A stretch of 64,000 nucleotides of DNA from an uncultured virus (IMG/VR IMGVR_UViG_3300050513_000092) (lineage: Duplodnaviria > Heunggongvirae > Uroviricota > Caudoviricetes), in IMG/VR virus record IMGVR_UViG_3300050513_000092, one strand, 5' to 3'. Under the pieces are notes generated by a model. It was given only the letters and a program-made list of their open reading frames with translations. It did not search any database and was not told the DNA's origin. How positions within the stretch are numbered: the stretch's first letter is position 1; each line of letters starts with the position of its first letter. This document shows positions 20,590 through 29,285 of the stretch, piece after piece. A program made the position numbers and the translations under genes.

Positions 20590-21043
20590 CAGAGCCACAG
20601 CCGGTGAACATCACCTGCCAGGATCCCCGCTGCGATGCTTACGCAGACATGAAGATCCGCGAGTACAACGCGGAGACGGGTGAGACGTACCGCTGGTGGT
20701 ATCTATGCGTCGTGCATGTTCAGGAGGAGTTTGAGCCATGGCTGGGCGCGAAGAAGAAGAGCTAGGGCTCCACGTGCTTGGCCCGGAGGACACCGAGCTG
20801 CTGAGGCGACGGCTGGACGCCGCGATACAGTCAGTCCGGGCTGATGCGGGCGGGACGGTGCAGCGAAGCGGCTGGCCTGATGCCTGGGCATGGATCATGC
20901 TGGTCGCGCTGGTTGCCTCCGGGGCGAGCTTGGCGTTCGCCTTGTTCGATCAGACACCAGGAATGGGAGCTGGAACGCCCTTGGCGCTAATCTCGCTGGT
21001 CCTAGCCATCATTGCGGTGGGTCTGAAGTCGCTGAAACGCTGA
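20586..21043 (+). CDS. Small Cys protein (20586-20765) and a two-TM protein (20738-21043)
   Basis: ORFs; hydrophobic segments. Confidence 0.5.
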
Positions 21044-21116
21044 GAAATGGCCTGAAACGGCCGAAAACGGGGGCAGAACCAGCCAGAATGTCGGAATAAA
21101 CAAGAAAGGACAAGAA

Positions 21117-21938
21117 ATGGCCCTCCTGACGCCTCCGGGCATCATTACTCAGCGTTTCGGCATCGCAGTCCCCGCTGTGGCTCTGCGCGAGCCCGCCATG
21201 TGGTACGAAGGCACCAAGCGGGCCTACTGGCTGAGGTTTCCTGGTTCGGCGTACAGCGCCCACTACCACGGTGGGGTCGACTACTCGGCGCCGCTCGGCA
21301 CTCCGCTACCTGCCCTGGAGGCGGCGACCGTTATCGAGGCGGGGTACGCCAACAGCATCAGCGGCTACCACGTCGTCTGCGAGATTCGCCCGGGCGTGCG
21401 CTTTGGATTCAACCACGGCCAGAAGGTTCTGGTCCGGCCCGGCCAGAAGGTGGGGCGCGGGCAGACCGTGATGACGATGGGCCAGTCGGGCTCGGCCACG
21501 GGGCCAAACACCCACGCCTACCTCTCCATCAAGGAGAAGCTGAGCGACGGCGTGACCCGCACCATGATCTACAACCTCGCCCTGTTCCTGGCTGGAGGAT
21601 CCATGGCAAATGACCCGCGGATCAAGCCGATCGTCGGCGGCATCACCCCGACTCCGCCACCGACAGCCAAGCACGTCGTGCTGAACGGGGGAGGCATCAA
21701 CATCCGGACCAGCGCGGATCTCGACGTGGGGACGACCAACATCTATGCCACCAGCCGAGATGCGGATGGAACGATCAACGACGGCATCTACGCGCGCTCG
21801 AACGGCGGGCGGCTGGGAGCCCTGACGTACCAGTTCCTCTATCTCCGTGACGTTGTCACCGACGATGGGGCCTGGGTTCAGGTCATGGGCTTCAGCAAGA
21901 CTCTCTACATCTTCAAGTCGCTGGTCCACTTCGTATGA
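21117..21938 (+). CDS. M23 family peptidase (endolysin candidate) with Pro/Thr linker and C-terminal SH3-like domain
   Basis: HGGVDY (HxxxD), V..GQKV.RGQ and GQSGSATGPNTH motifs. Confidence 0.8.
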   Translation: MALLTPPGIITQRFGIAVPAVALREPAMWYEGTKRAYWLRFPGSAYSAHYHGGVDYSAPLGTPLPALEAATVIEAGYANSISGYHVVCEIRPGVRFGFNHGQKVLVRPGQKVGRGQTVMTMGQSGSATGPNTHAYLSIKEKLSDGVTRTMIYNLALFLAGGSMANDPRIKPIVGGITPTPPPTAKHVVLNGGGINIRTSADLDVGTTNIYATSRDADGTINDGIYARSNGGRLGALTYQFLYLRDVVTDDGAWVQVMGFSKTLYIFKSLVHFV

Positions 21939-22168
21939 TCGGCCAGCTCGAGGCGGCGGACCACAAGACGCTGGGGCCGGTCCTGATCGCCAGCTTCTTC
22001 CCAGATCCGACCAACAGGCAGGTGTTGGCGGTCGTCTACACGTCGAAGGGCCTGGTCAAATCAGTGCCGATCAGCGAGCTCTCGGTGCTGTGGCACTACG
22101 ACTCAGGCAAGGCGGACTGGGCCTCGGACTTCCCGGCCAAGCCGGAGGCGAACGAGGAAGAGATCTAG
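21935..22168 (+). CDS. Hypothetical protein
   Basis: Coupled ORF. Confidence 0.55.
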   Translation: MIGQLEAADHKTLGPVLIASFFPDPTNRQVLAVVYTSKGLVKSVPISELSVLWHYDSGKADWASDFPAKPEANEEEI

Positions 22169-22193
22169 CGGTCGGGTTGGCGCGGGTGGTACT

Positions 22194-22266
22194 CTCCGCG
22201 CTGGTGAAGCGCGCGGAGCCCCGTATGGCGGGGAGGCATCTTCTGACTCCAAGATGCCTCCCCGTC
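22194..22266 (+). promoter_or_regulatory. Two strong hairpins upstream of queD
   Basis: 8-bp stem 22194-22218; 16-bp stem with 8-nt loop 22227-22266. Confidence 0.55.
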
Positions 22267-22281
22267 TCCATGTGAGGACCT

Positions 22282-22650
22282 ATGACCGACTACACGCCGT
22301 CAGTCGAGCGCGAGTTCGACGCGGGCCATGACCGCATCGAACTATTCGATTCCTGCCGTCACGACGGCCACGGCCACCACTGGCGGATCCGGGTCAGCGT
22401 CCAGGGCATCTTCGACCCGCGCTCCGGACGCTCATACCGAGTGGCAGAGCTCGACCGCGACCTCGACACCCTGGTCCTGGAGATCGAGGGCAAGAATCTC
22501 ACCAAGATGCTCCCCGGGGGGATCCCCACGCCCGAGGGAGTAGGGTTGTGGGTGATCGAGCGACTCGTGGTGGATCACCCCAAGATCACTGAGGTGGTGG
22601 TGTGGCTGGACCAGCGGCACAGGTTCTCGCTGAAGCGGGAGCCTCGCTAA
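22282..22650 (+). CDS. queD: 6-carboxytetrahydropterin synthase / PTPS family
   Basis: EFDAGH, C...HGHHWRIRV and PTPE motifs. Confidence 0.8.
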   Translation: MTDYTPSVEREFDAGHDRIELFDSCRHDGHGHHWRIRVSVQGIFDPRSGRSYRVAELDRDLDTLVLEIEGKNLTKMLPGGIPTPEGVGLWVIERLVVDHPKITEVVVWLDQRHRFSLKREPR

Positions 22651-23264
22651 AGCCCGAGATCTTCGGCAGGGCGCTCGTTGTCAGCATCGACAAGCTGCGC
22701 CCGAACTCCTGGAACCCCAATGTCCAGGATGAGATCACCTTCCGGCGTGAGCTGGCCTCGATCCGGCGCTTCGGGTTCGTCGACCCGATCATCTGCCGTC
22801 TCGATGGTGCTCTGTACGAGATCATTGACGGCGAGCATCGCTGGAAGGCCGCCAAGGAGCTCGGCTTCACCGAGGTCCCGATCTACGACATCAGTCCCAT
22901 CGGTCTCCACGAGGCCAAGCAGCTCACCGTGGTCCTCAACGAGCTGCGCGGCAAGCCACAGGAGAAGAAGCTCGGCGAGCTTCTGCGGGACCTGCTGGCC
23001 TCGTCCACGCTGGACGAGCTGACCGAGGTCATGCCCTACTCGAAAGACGAGTTCGCGCAGATCGCCCAGCTCCCAGGATTCGACTGGGAGGCTGCCCGCG
23101 AGAAGATGGAGAAGCAGAACGGCCAGCGTTGGGTGGAGCGCATCTTCCGACTCCCAGCCGACGCGGCGCAGGTTCTCGATGAGGCGCTCGCCAAGGCCAA
23201 GACCGATCCGCGCATGAACGACGCCGCTGCCCTTGAGGCGATCGCCGCGAGGTTCCTGGCCTGA
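22602..23264 (+). CDS. ParB/Srx N-terminal domain protein
   Basis: IDKLRPNSWNPN, SIRRFGFVDPI and YEIIDGEHRWKAA motifs. Confidence 0.85.
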   Translation: MAGPAAQVLAEAGASLKPEIFGRALVVSIDKLRPNSWNPNVQDEITFRRELASIRRFGFVDPIICRLDGALYEIIDGEHRWKAAKELGFTEVPIYDISPIGLHEAKQLTVVLNELRGKPQEKKLGELLRDLLASSTLDELTEVMPYSKDEFAQIAQLPGFDWEAAREKMEKQNGQRWVERIFRLPADAAQVLDEALAKAKTDPRMNDAAALEAIAARFLA

Positions 23265-23797
23265 TGGCCGCGGCGAAGCTCGACTGGGCGTCCCTAGAGC
23301 GTGAGTACGTCACAACCCAGATCACCGGACGCGAGATGGCGAAGCGCGAGCACGTCAGCAACTCGACCATCAGCACCCACGCCAAGCGCGAAGGCTGGGA
23401 AGAGAAGCGGCAGGCGTATCTTGTCGACGTCGACAAGCGCTACCTGAAGATTTCGGCCGAATCACGGGCGCGCCAACTCTCGCGCCTGGCCGACCAGAGT
23501 GTCACCGTCCTGGAGATGGCATTGACCCGGCTGGCGATCCAGCTTGCGGGCGATGAGCAGACTGGCGTCGCCCCGATGGAAGTCCCCATCAAGGAGGGCC
23601 TCGAGGTCATCCGCCAGATCCAGACCTTGCGCGGGCTGCCGAGCAACATCACCGAGGAGCGACAGGTAGTTGGACATCTCGCAGATCCCCGATTCCTTGA
23701 AGCCATTGGAGAGCTTGCTCGGGCAAACCTCAGACCCGAGCCAGTTGACGTCACACCTCCGCGAGCTCTCCCCGACCCAGTGGAGAGATCTGCTTGA
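23264..23797 (+). CDS. Terminase small subunit (putative)
   Basis: N-terminal HTH (DWASLEREYV...HAKREGW); immediately upstream of TerL. Confidence 0.7.
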   Translation: MAAAKLDWASLEREYVTTQITGREMAKREHVSNSTISTHAKREGWEEKRQAYLVDVDKRYLKISAESRARQLSRLADQSVTVLEMALTRLAIQLAGDEQTGVAPMEVPIKEGLEVIRQIQTLRGLPSNITEERQVVGHLADPRFLEAIGELARANLRPEPVDVTPPRALPDPVERSA

Positions 23798-25214
23798 CCT
23801 GAGCCGCCGCGCGAATGCCAAGAACAGCACGCGTGACTTCATCGAGTACGTCTGGGCGGAGCATCTCCGCGAAAACAACGGCGGCTTCCTGCCAGAGCAC
23901 CTGCTCGAGGCGATCGGCTTTATCGAGGAACTCATCGCCGCGGGGGACAGCGGCGAAGTCCTCATGCCGCGCGGGGCCAGCAAGACGACCGGCATCACCC
24001 AGGGCTGGCTGAGCAAGAAGATCGCCGACAACCCCAACATCCGGGTCGGCCTGTTCAGCAACACCGACCGCCAGGCGTGGGCCTTCTCGGGAGCGATACG
24101 ATCGTGCCTCGAGTCGAATGATCGATTCATCGAGCTGTACGGCGACTGCGTCAGCCGCAAGAAGTGGACGGATGCCGAGTGGCTGCACAAGGACTCGATC
24201 CACCAGCGATCGAAGGATCGGACCGTCTACGCCGGAGGCGTGGGCACTCCGATCGTGTCGAAGCGGTTCGACATCATCCTGCTCGACGACATCCTCGACA
24301 AGGAGAACACCAGCAGCCCGGAGCAGATGCAGAAGGTCAAGGACTGGTTCAACTTGGTCCTACGACCGTGTCTGGTGCCTGGTGGAGTCATCATCTACAT
24401 CGGCACCCGCTGGGCCGAGGGCGACCTCGCCGAGGAGCTCATCAAGCCGGTCGAGGAGGGCGGGCGCGGCTGGAAGAACTTCGTCATTCCGGCCTGGAAG
24501 GAAGTCGACGGCGAACTGGTGAGCTATTGGCCCGACCGCTGGCCGATCTCGGTGCTCCAGCATGAGCTCGAGGAGATGGGCTCCGCCTTCTTCGGGGTTG
24601 CCTACCTCAACGACGTAAGCGGGCTGACCAAGGGCAACGTCTTTCCTCGGATGCCGATGCCGGACGCCTACTACTTCACCACCCTGCCCGACGGCGAATA
24701 CACCTTCCGGATGGGGATCGACCTCGCCAGCAGCGAGCGAGAGAGCGCCGACTACACCGCCCGGGTCGTGACCGCGGTCGACCAGGAGGGCGGCTTCTGG
24801 GTGCTACATGCGTACCGAGATCGACGCGAGGACAAGCACGCGGAGTTCATCGTCGACGGCTTCATGGCGTATTCTCAGGTCGCACTGGTCATCGTGGAGA
24901 ACAACCAGTTCCAGTCCACCCTGGTCAAGGAAGTGATGCGGGACTACCCCGCCATCCCGATCGAAGGCCGGAAGACCGACACCGACAAGGTCACGCGCGC
25001 CAGGGCTGTCGCGGCCAAGTACGAATCGCACAAGGTCCATCACCACATCTCGCTGAAGGGCTCGGATCTCGAGATCGAGCTGCGACGCTTCCGCGGGGAT
25101 GGTAAGGGCCATGACGACCTCGTCGACGCTCTCGGATTCAGCATGGATCTGACGGGCGGCGGCTTCTTCTTTGGCAAGCTCGGCGGGCGCGGCTCGCAGT
25201 TGGTTCGGAGGTAG
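23670..25214 (+). CDS. terL: Terminase large subunit
   Basis: PRGASKTT Walker A, IILLDD Walker B, GTRW, GIDLA and HDDLVDA nuclease motifs; start uncertain. Confidence 0.95.
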   Translation: MDISQIPDSLKPLESLLGQTSDPSQLTSHLRELSPTQWRDLLDLSRRANAKNSTRDFIEYVWAEHLRENNGGFLPEHLLEAIGFIEELIAAGDSGEVLMPRGASKTTGITQGWLSKKIADNPNIRVGLFSNTDRQAWAFSGAIRSCLESNDRFIELYGDCVSRKKWTDAEWLHKDSIHQRSKDRTVYAGGVGTPIVSKRFDIILLDDILDKENTSSPEQMQKVKDWFNLVLRPCLVPGGVIIYIGTRWAEGDLAEELIKPVEEGGRGWKNFVIPAWKEVDGELVSYWPDRWPISVLQHELEEMGSAFFGVAYLNDVSGLTKGNVFPRMPMPDAYYFTTLPDGEYTFRMGIDLASSERESADYTARVVTAVDQEGGFWVLHAYRDRREDKHAEFIVDGFMAYSQVALVIVENNQFQSTLVKEVMRDYPAIPIEGRKTDTDKVTRARAVAAKYESHKVHHHISLKGSDLEIELRRFRGDGKGHDDLVDALGFSMDLTGGGFFFGKLGGRGSQLVRR

Positions 25215-25218
25215 GCCG

Positions 25219-25419
25219 GTGGACGATATGGTCGAAGTCGAGTTCCGCGATGGGAAGCGTCTGGTGCCGGAGTACCTGGCGAGCGCCATGGACGGTCTCG
25301 AGACGTACCGCATGACCTACCGCGAGGCGATCCTGGAGGGAAATCGCCAGATGCAGCGCAACGCGTTCACCCGCCAGCTCGACAAGCACATCATCGGGCA
25401 CTTCCGAGGTCAGCGCTGA
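25219..25419 (+). CDS. Hypothetical protein
   Basis: GTG start after GGAGG. Confidence 0.55.
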   Translation: MDDMVEVEFRDGKRLVPEYLASAMDGLETYRMTYREAILEGNRQMQRNAFTRQLDKHIIGHFRGQR

Positions 25420-26834
25420 TGGGAGCCCTGACAGACCTGGTGAAGGGCTTGCGGGCGTCACCGAAGAAGACCCCCACCGCTGGATATTCCATGGCCTCCT
25501 CGGATGGCAAGCAGGTCGGCAAGCCCGGCGTGCCCCTCTTCCGCCAGTGGTCGAAAGAATCGACCTGGGTGCGAGCCGCGATCGACATCCGCAAGGGCCA
25601 GGTTTCCGCGGCCGACTGGGACATCGTCCCATTCGATCCGGCACGGCCATCCTCGAAGCGTCTCCAGCAGCGGATCCGCGACCTATTCGACACGCCCAAC
25701 CCACGCGACGAGTCGTTCCAGACCGCGATCGAGATGGTGGTCGAAGACATCCTGGTCCTGGACGCGGGGGCAATCGAGAAGGTTCGCGACCTCCGACGCG
25801 AGATCCGGGAGCTGTGGCCGGTCGACGGCGGCGAGATCAAGGTCAGCAAGATCTGGGACGGCGATCCAGAGGAGGATCGCTATTTCTGGTGGCCCTACCC
25901 GGGGACCAAGCAGGTGGAGTCCTACACCAACGACGAGCTGATCTACATGATGCAGCGCGCCTCGACTGCTCGGGTGGTTGGCCTGTCGAATCTCGAGGTG
26001 CTCAAGCTCGTCATCGATGCCGAGCTGCTCGGCCACGACTACAACGCGCGCCAGGTCTCGACCGCAGGCGGCGAGGGCATCTTCGATCTCGGCGAGAACG
26101 CTCGGCCCGAGCAGGTCGAGAAGTTCAGCCGCTACTGGCTGGCGGAGATCGCTGGCAAGGGCGCGACCGCCTTCTGGGGCGGCACGCGTGGTGCGAAGTG
26201 GATCCCGTTCCGCGGCAACAACCGCGACATGCAGTTCCTCGAGTGGCAGGAGTACCTGGTCAAGAAGGTCGCTGCGGTGTTCGAGATGCACCCGCAGGAT
26301 CTCGGACTCACTGCCGAGGTCAACAAGGCGACGGCCGAAGTCCTCGACCAGCAGACTGATGAGCGAGGCGCCAAGCGCCTGCTGAAGCTGGTCCAGAACC
26401 ACCTCACCAGGGAGGTCGTGTGGGATGAGAGCTTCGGAGGCAAGGCGAACAACCTGGCATTCCGCTTCACCAAGCTCAACATGCGCGAGTCCCTGGCGGG
26501 AGCCAAGATCGAGCAGATCGAGCTCGGGCAGGTTGCCAGCGAGAGCGTCAACGCCATTCGCAAGCGGAAGGGCCTGGAGCCATTCACGGAGGACCACTTC
26601 AACTATCCGATGGCACAGACCGCGGTGGGCTTCGTCTCTCTGAAGGATGTTCCTACCGCCCGCGAGATGATGGAATCGAAGGAGGCCAAGCCTCCGGCCG
26701 GAGCGCCGTCTACCGACGGTCAGCCAGCCGCCACCGAGAACGTCGTGCGGTTCGAGGTGCCAGAGTCGGTCGGAGCCATGGTGGCGGGGGCCGTGGGAGA
26801 CATCGCGCAGGCGATCAAAGCCTCGAAGGAGTAA
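25419..26834 (+). CDS. Portal protein (HK97-like)
   Basis: Follows TerL; LWPVDG, GLS.LE, DMQFLE and AVFEMHPQDLG motifs. Confidence 0.9.
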   Translation: MGALTDLVKGLRASPKKTPTAGYSMASSDGKQVGKPGVPLFRQWSKESTWVRAAIDIRKGQVSAADWDIVPFDPARPSSKRLQQRIRDLFDTPNPRDESFQTAIEMVVEDILVLDAGAIEKVRDLRREIRELWPVDGGEIKVSKIWDGDPEEDRYFWWPYPGTKQVESYTNDELIYMMQRASTARVVGLSNLEVLKLVIDAELLGHDYNARQVSTAGGEGIFDLGENARPEQVEKFSRYWLAEIAGKGATAFWGGTRGAKWIPFRGNNRDMQFLEWQEYLVKKVAAVFEMHPQDLGLTAEVNKATAEVLDQQTDERGAKRLLKLVQNHLTREVVWDESFGGKANNLAFRFTKLNMRESLAGAKIEQIELGQVASESVNAIRKRKGLEPFTEDHFNYPMAQTAVGFVSLKDVPTAREMMESKEAKPPAGAPSTDGQPAATENVVRFEVPESVGAMVAGAVGDIAQAIKASKE

Positions 26835-26836
26835 TC

Positions 26837-27616
26837 GTGATCTCAGAGATGGCGATCATCGAGCTCGATACCGACATCCGGAGCGGAGCCATCATCGACG
26901 AGTTCGCCATCGTGCGGCGCGGAGCGACCGTGGGTCGCAGGACACACCTCTATCCCGGCGTCGTGGTGGAGGAGGGTGTCTGGATCGGGGACGATGTGAC
27001 GATCTTCCCGGGTGCCTACCTGGGCAAGCAGCCGAAGGTGGCGGGCGTCATCGCCAGGATGCCGCACGTGCAGAACGGGCAGACCCGGATCGAGGACGGA
27101 TCCGTGATCGGGACGCACGTTGTCATCTACGCAGGCGTCGTGATCGAGCCCAAGGTGCTGATCGGCGAAGGGGTCACGATCCGAGAGGACACCGAGATCG
27201 GGTCGGAGACCGTGGTCGGCAACAACAGCACGATCCAGAATGGAGCCAGGATCGGGCGCCGCTGCAAGATCGTCGACCTCTCGCACATCTGCAACGACGC
27301 GGTGATCGGCGACGAGTGCTTCATCTCGGTCGGCGTCTACATGATGAACGACAACTCCATGCAGCGCGGAGGCGAGGTCGTCGGGCCGAAGATCGGCCAG
27401 CGAGTACGGATAGGCGGTGGGGCGCTGCTGCTGCCGGGGATCCGGATCGGCAACGACGCCATCATCGCGGCAGGGGCCGTGGTGACGAAGGACGTTCTGC
27501 CAGGGTCGACGGTGATGGGGATCCCCGCTCGGGTGCCCGCGAATCGTCCGGTAGCTCCCGACCTGTTCGGCGAGTTCTTTGAGATGCCTCGGGCGGAGCC
27601 CTGGCCGCAGGAATGA
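26837..27616 (+). CDS. Hexapeptide-repeat N-acetyltransferase (WbpD/WlbB-like)
   Basis: Left-handed beta-helix repeats; IAAGAVVTKDV...MGIPAR. Confidence 0.9.
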   Translation: MISEMAIIELDTDIRSGAIIDEFAIVRRGATVGRRTHLYPGVVVEEGVWIGDDVTIFPGAYLGKQPKVAGVIARMPHVQNGQTRIEDGSVIGTHVVIYAGVVIEPKVLIGEGVTIREDTEIGSETVVGNNSTIQNGARIGRRCKIVDLSHICNDAVIGDECFISVGVYMMNDNSMQRGGEVVGPKIGQRVRIGGGALLLPGIRIGNDAIIAAGAVVTKDVLPGSTVMGIPARVPANRPVAPDLFGEFFEMPRAEPWPQE

Positions 27617-28410
27617 TCCGGGTCGAGGAACCAATCGAGGAGATCGCGGCCAAGACCGGCACCAGCCTTCCGAACCGGGGTCCATACACCGACTGCACCG
27701 GAGTCATGGTCGCCTGGAATGAGGAGGCGCGGATGCCCGCACTCCTCAAGCTGATGAAGCGCTGGTTCTCGAATCTTGTCGTCGGTGTGCAGGAATCGAC
27801 CGATTCGACGCTCAAGATTGCCGAATCTTTGGCGAACCGCCCCGGAGACCAGGTGCTCCGCGAGCCGCACCTGGGCTATGGCGACGCGTCGATGGATCGG
27901 ATCGTGTCTGCGGTGCGGACTCCGTGGCTATTCGACATCGCCTTGGATGAGATGCCGAGCAAGGAGCTGCTCGAGTCGATGTGGACCGCGACAGCCTACG
28001 CGGAATCGGTCGGTGCAGAGGGAGTCTGGATCCCGTTTCACACGCTGGTTGACGGAGTCGAATCGGTCAGCGAGCAGCAGGATCCGATGTCATCTGGGCA
28101 CCTACGGCTCTTTCGCAGGAGCCTCGGCTGGCCGAAGACCCTGCATTCCCGGCCGAGCGCCAGGATCGAGCTGTGGTGGCCGTACGGCCGCATCGACCAT
28201 GTACGCAGCCTCGACGAGATGATGCAGGACTACCTGCGATACTTCCAGATCGGAAAGGGCAATCGCGGCTGGGAGGCTCACAACATCCTGATGATGCATG
28301 ACGCCTGTGTTGGTGTTGCCGCAGAGAAGGGCTGGCCTTACGTGCAATCATTTGCATGGTGGTCAGCCGTGAGAGACCTCGCATTCGAGGGAAAGGAGCC
28401 AGATGGCTAG
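27613..28410 (+). CDS. GT-A fold (GT2-like) glycosyltransferase
   Basis: MVAWNEEARM, ESTDSTLKIA, WLFDIALDE (degenerate DxD), HLRLFR and LHSRP motifs. Confidence 0.7.
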   Translation: MIRVEEPIEEIAAKTGTSLPNRGPYTDCTGVMVAWNEEARMPALLKLMKRWFSNLVVGVQESTDSTLKIAESLANRPGDQVLREPHLGYGDASMDRIVSAVRTPWLFDIALDEMPSKELLESMWTATAYAESVGAEGVWIPFHTLVDGVESVSEQQDPMSSGHLRLFRRSLGWPKTLHSRPSARIELWWPYGRIDHVRSLDEMMQDYLRYFQIGKGNRGWEAHNILMMHDACVGVAAEKGWPYVQSFAWWSAVRDLAFEGKEPDG

Positions 28411-29055
28411 CAAGACGGCCCTCGCGAAGAAGCCAGCAGCGAAGAAGGCACCCGCCAAGGCAGCTCCCGCCGCCAGCGGCGGAGCCATCGACATCGGACC
28501 GAAGCCGCTGGTCATCCACCAGGGGATCACGGTGACAGGAAGCAAGTTCCCGCCCTCGGAGCCTGCGGTCATTACTATCTGGCCCGACCCGCGCGGAGCG
28601 CTGGAGCTGATGACCGATCCCTTCGGTGAGGTCCAGGTATCGTTCATGCCCGTCGTGGACGGGAATCATCACGTCGCAATCTCATGCGGCGGCGTCAAGG
28701 CCGAGCGCGACTTCGAGGTCGCGGCGGAGTAGAGGAGAAGCTCATGGTGGCGATCGCAGTCGACCCAGCGGCTCCCCGCGCGACCATCGACATCTGCAAG
28801 GTGTCGGTCAGCGGAGCCGATTACGCTCGTGGCCCCCACAAGACGGGGGGCGAGTTCCGCTACTACATCGAGGCAGAGCGGCCCTCCGGGTCGGACATCG
28901 CCAAGAACCTGAAGAGCCACGTCTTCGACGTCTCGCACGGCGGACTTCACGACTGGCTCAGCGTCATCTTCGACGAGCCAGGGAGCTGGAACCTCGTCCT
29001 GCGTGATGCGAGCAACGATTCCCAGGTTGCGGCGCAGGCGCTCACCGTGAGCTAG
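28403..29055 (+). CDS. Two small beta-rich proteins (28403-28732, 28744-29055), possibly Ig-like virion proteins
   Basis: ORFs with RBS; Lys/Ala-rich N-terminus; beta-strand pattern. Confidence 0.55.
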
Positions 29056-29056
29056 A

Positions 29057-29089
29057 CCCTGTTCAAGTCGACAGGGCATCTGTTATCGT
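29057..29089 (+). promoter_or_regulatory. Putative extended -10 promoter with a CTGT-N8-ACAG inverted repeat
   Basis: CCCTGT-TCAAGTCG-ACAGGG followed by TGtTATCGT. Confidence 0.5.
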
Positions 29090-29099
29090 GCGCCTCACG

Positions 29100-29275
29100 A
29101 ATCTCCTCTCCGTGCCGAATGGACGGCTAGCGGTCAAACGCTAGCCGTGCCATCCCCGGAATAGGAGAGGCGGACCCCCGAGCTGCCATTCAGCCCTGAC
29201 CCAGGGTCCGCCCGCACAAGCGTAGCACGCTTGTTCGCCTTTCACCATCAGCCCGCAGCGTTTCGCTGCCTGGCG
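29100..29275 (+). ncRNA. Candidate structured leader or ncRNA upstream of the glycosyltransferase-capsid operon
   Basis: Four perfect stems plus an enclosing stem within about 175 nt. Confidence 0.45.
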
Positions 29276-29285
29276 TGGAGGAACG

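Noticed and set aside
22170..22281. preQ1 riboswitch upstream of queD
   Set aside because: It lacks the short stem with A-rich tail and the conserved loop of class I; other classes were not recognisable by eye.
22602..22650. QueD-ParB fusion by frameshift
   Set aside because: No slippery heptamer is evident, and GTG at 22602 has a GAGGT RBS 6 nt upstream, so independent initiation is simpler.
29100..29275. tRNA or tmRNA
   Set aside because: No T-loop GTTCRA or acceptor-stem/CCA arrangement.
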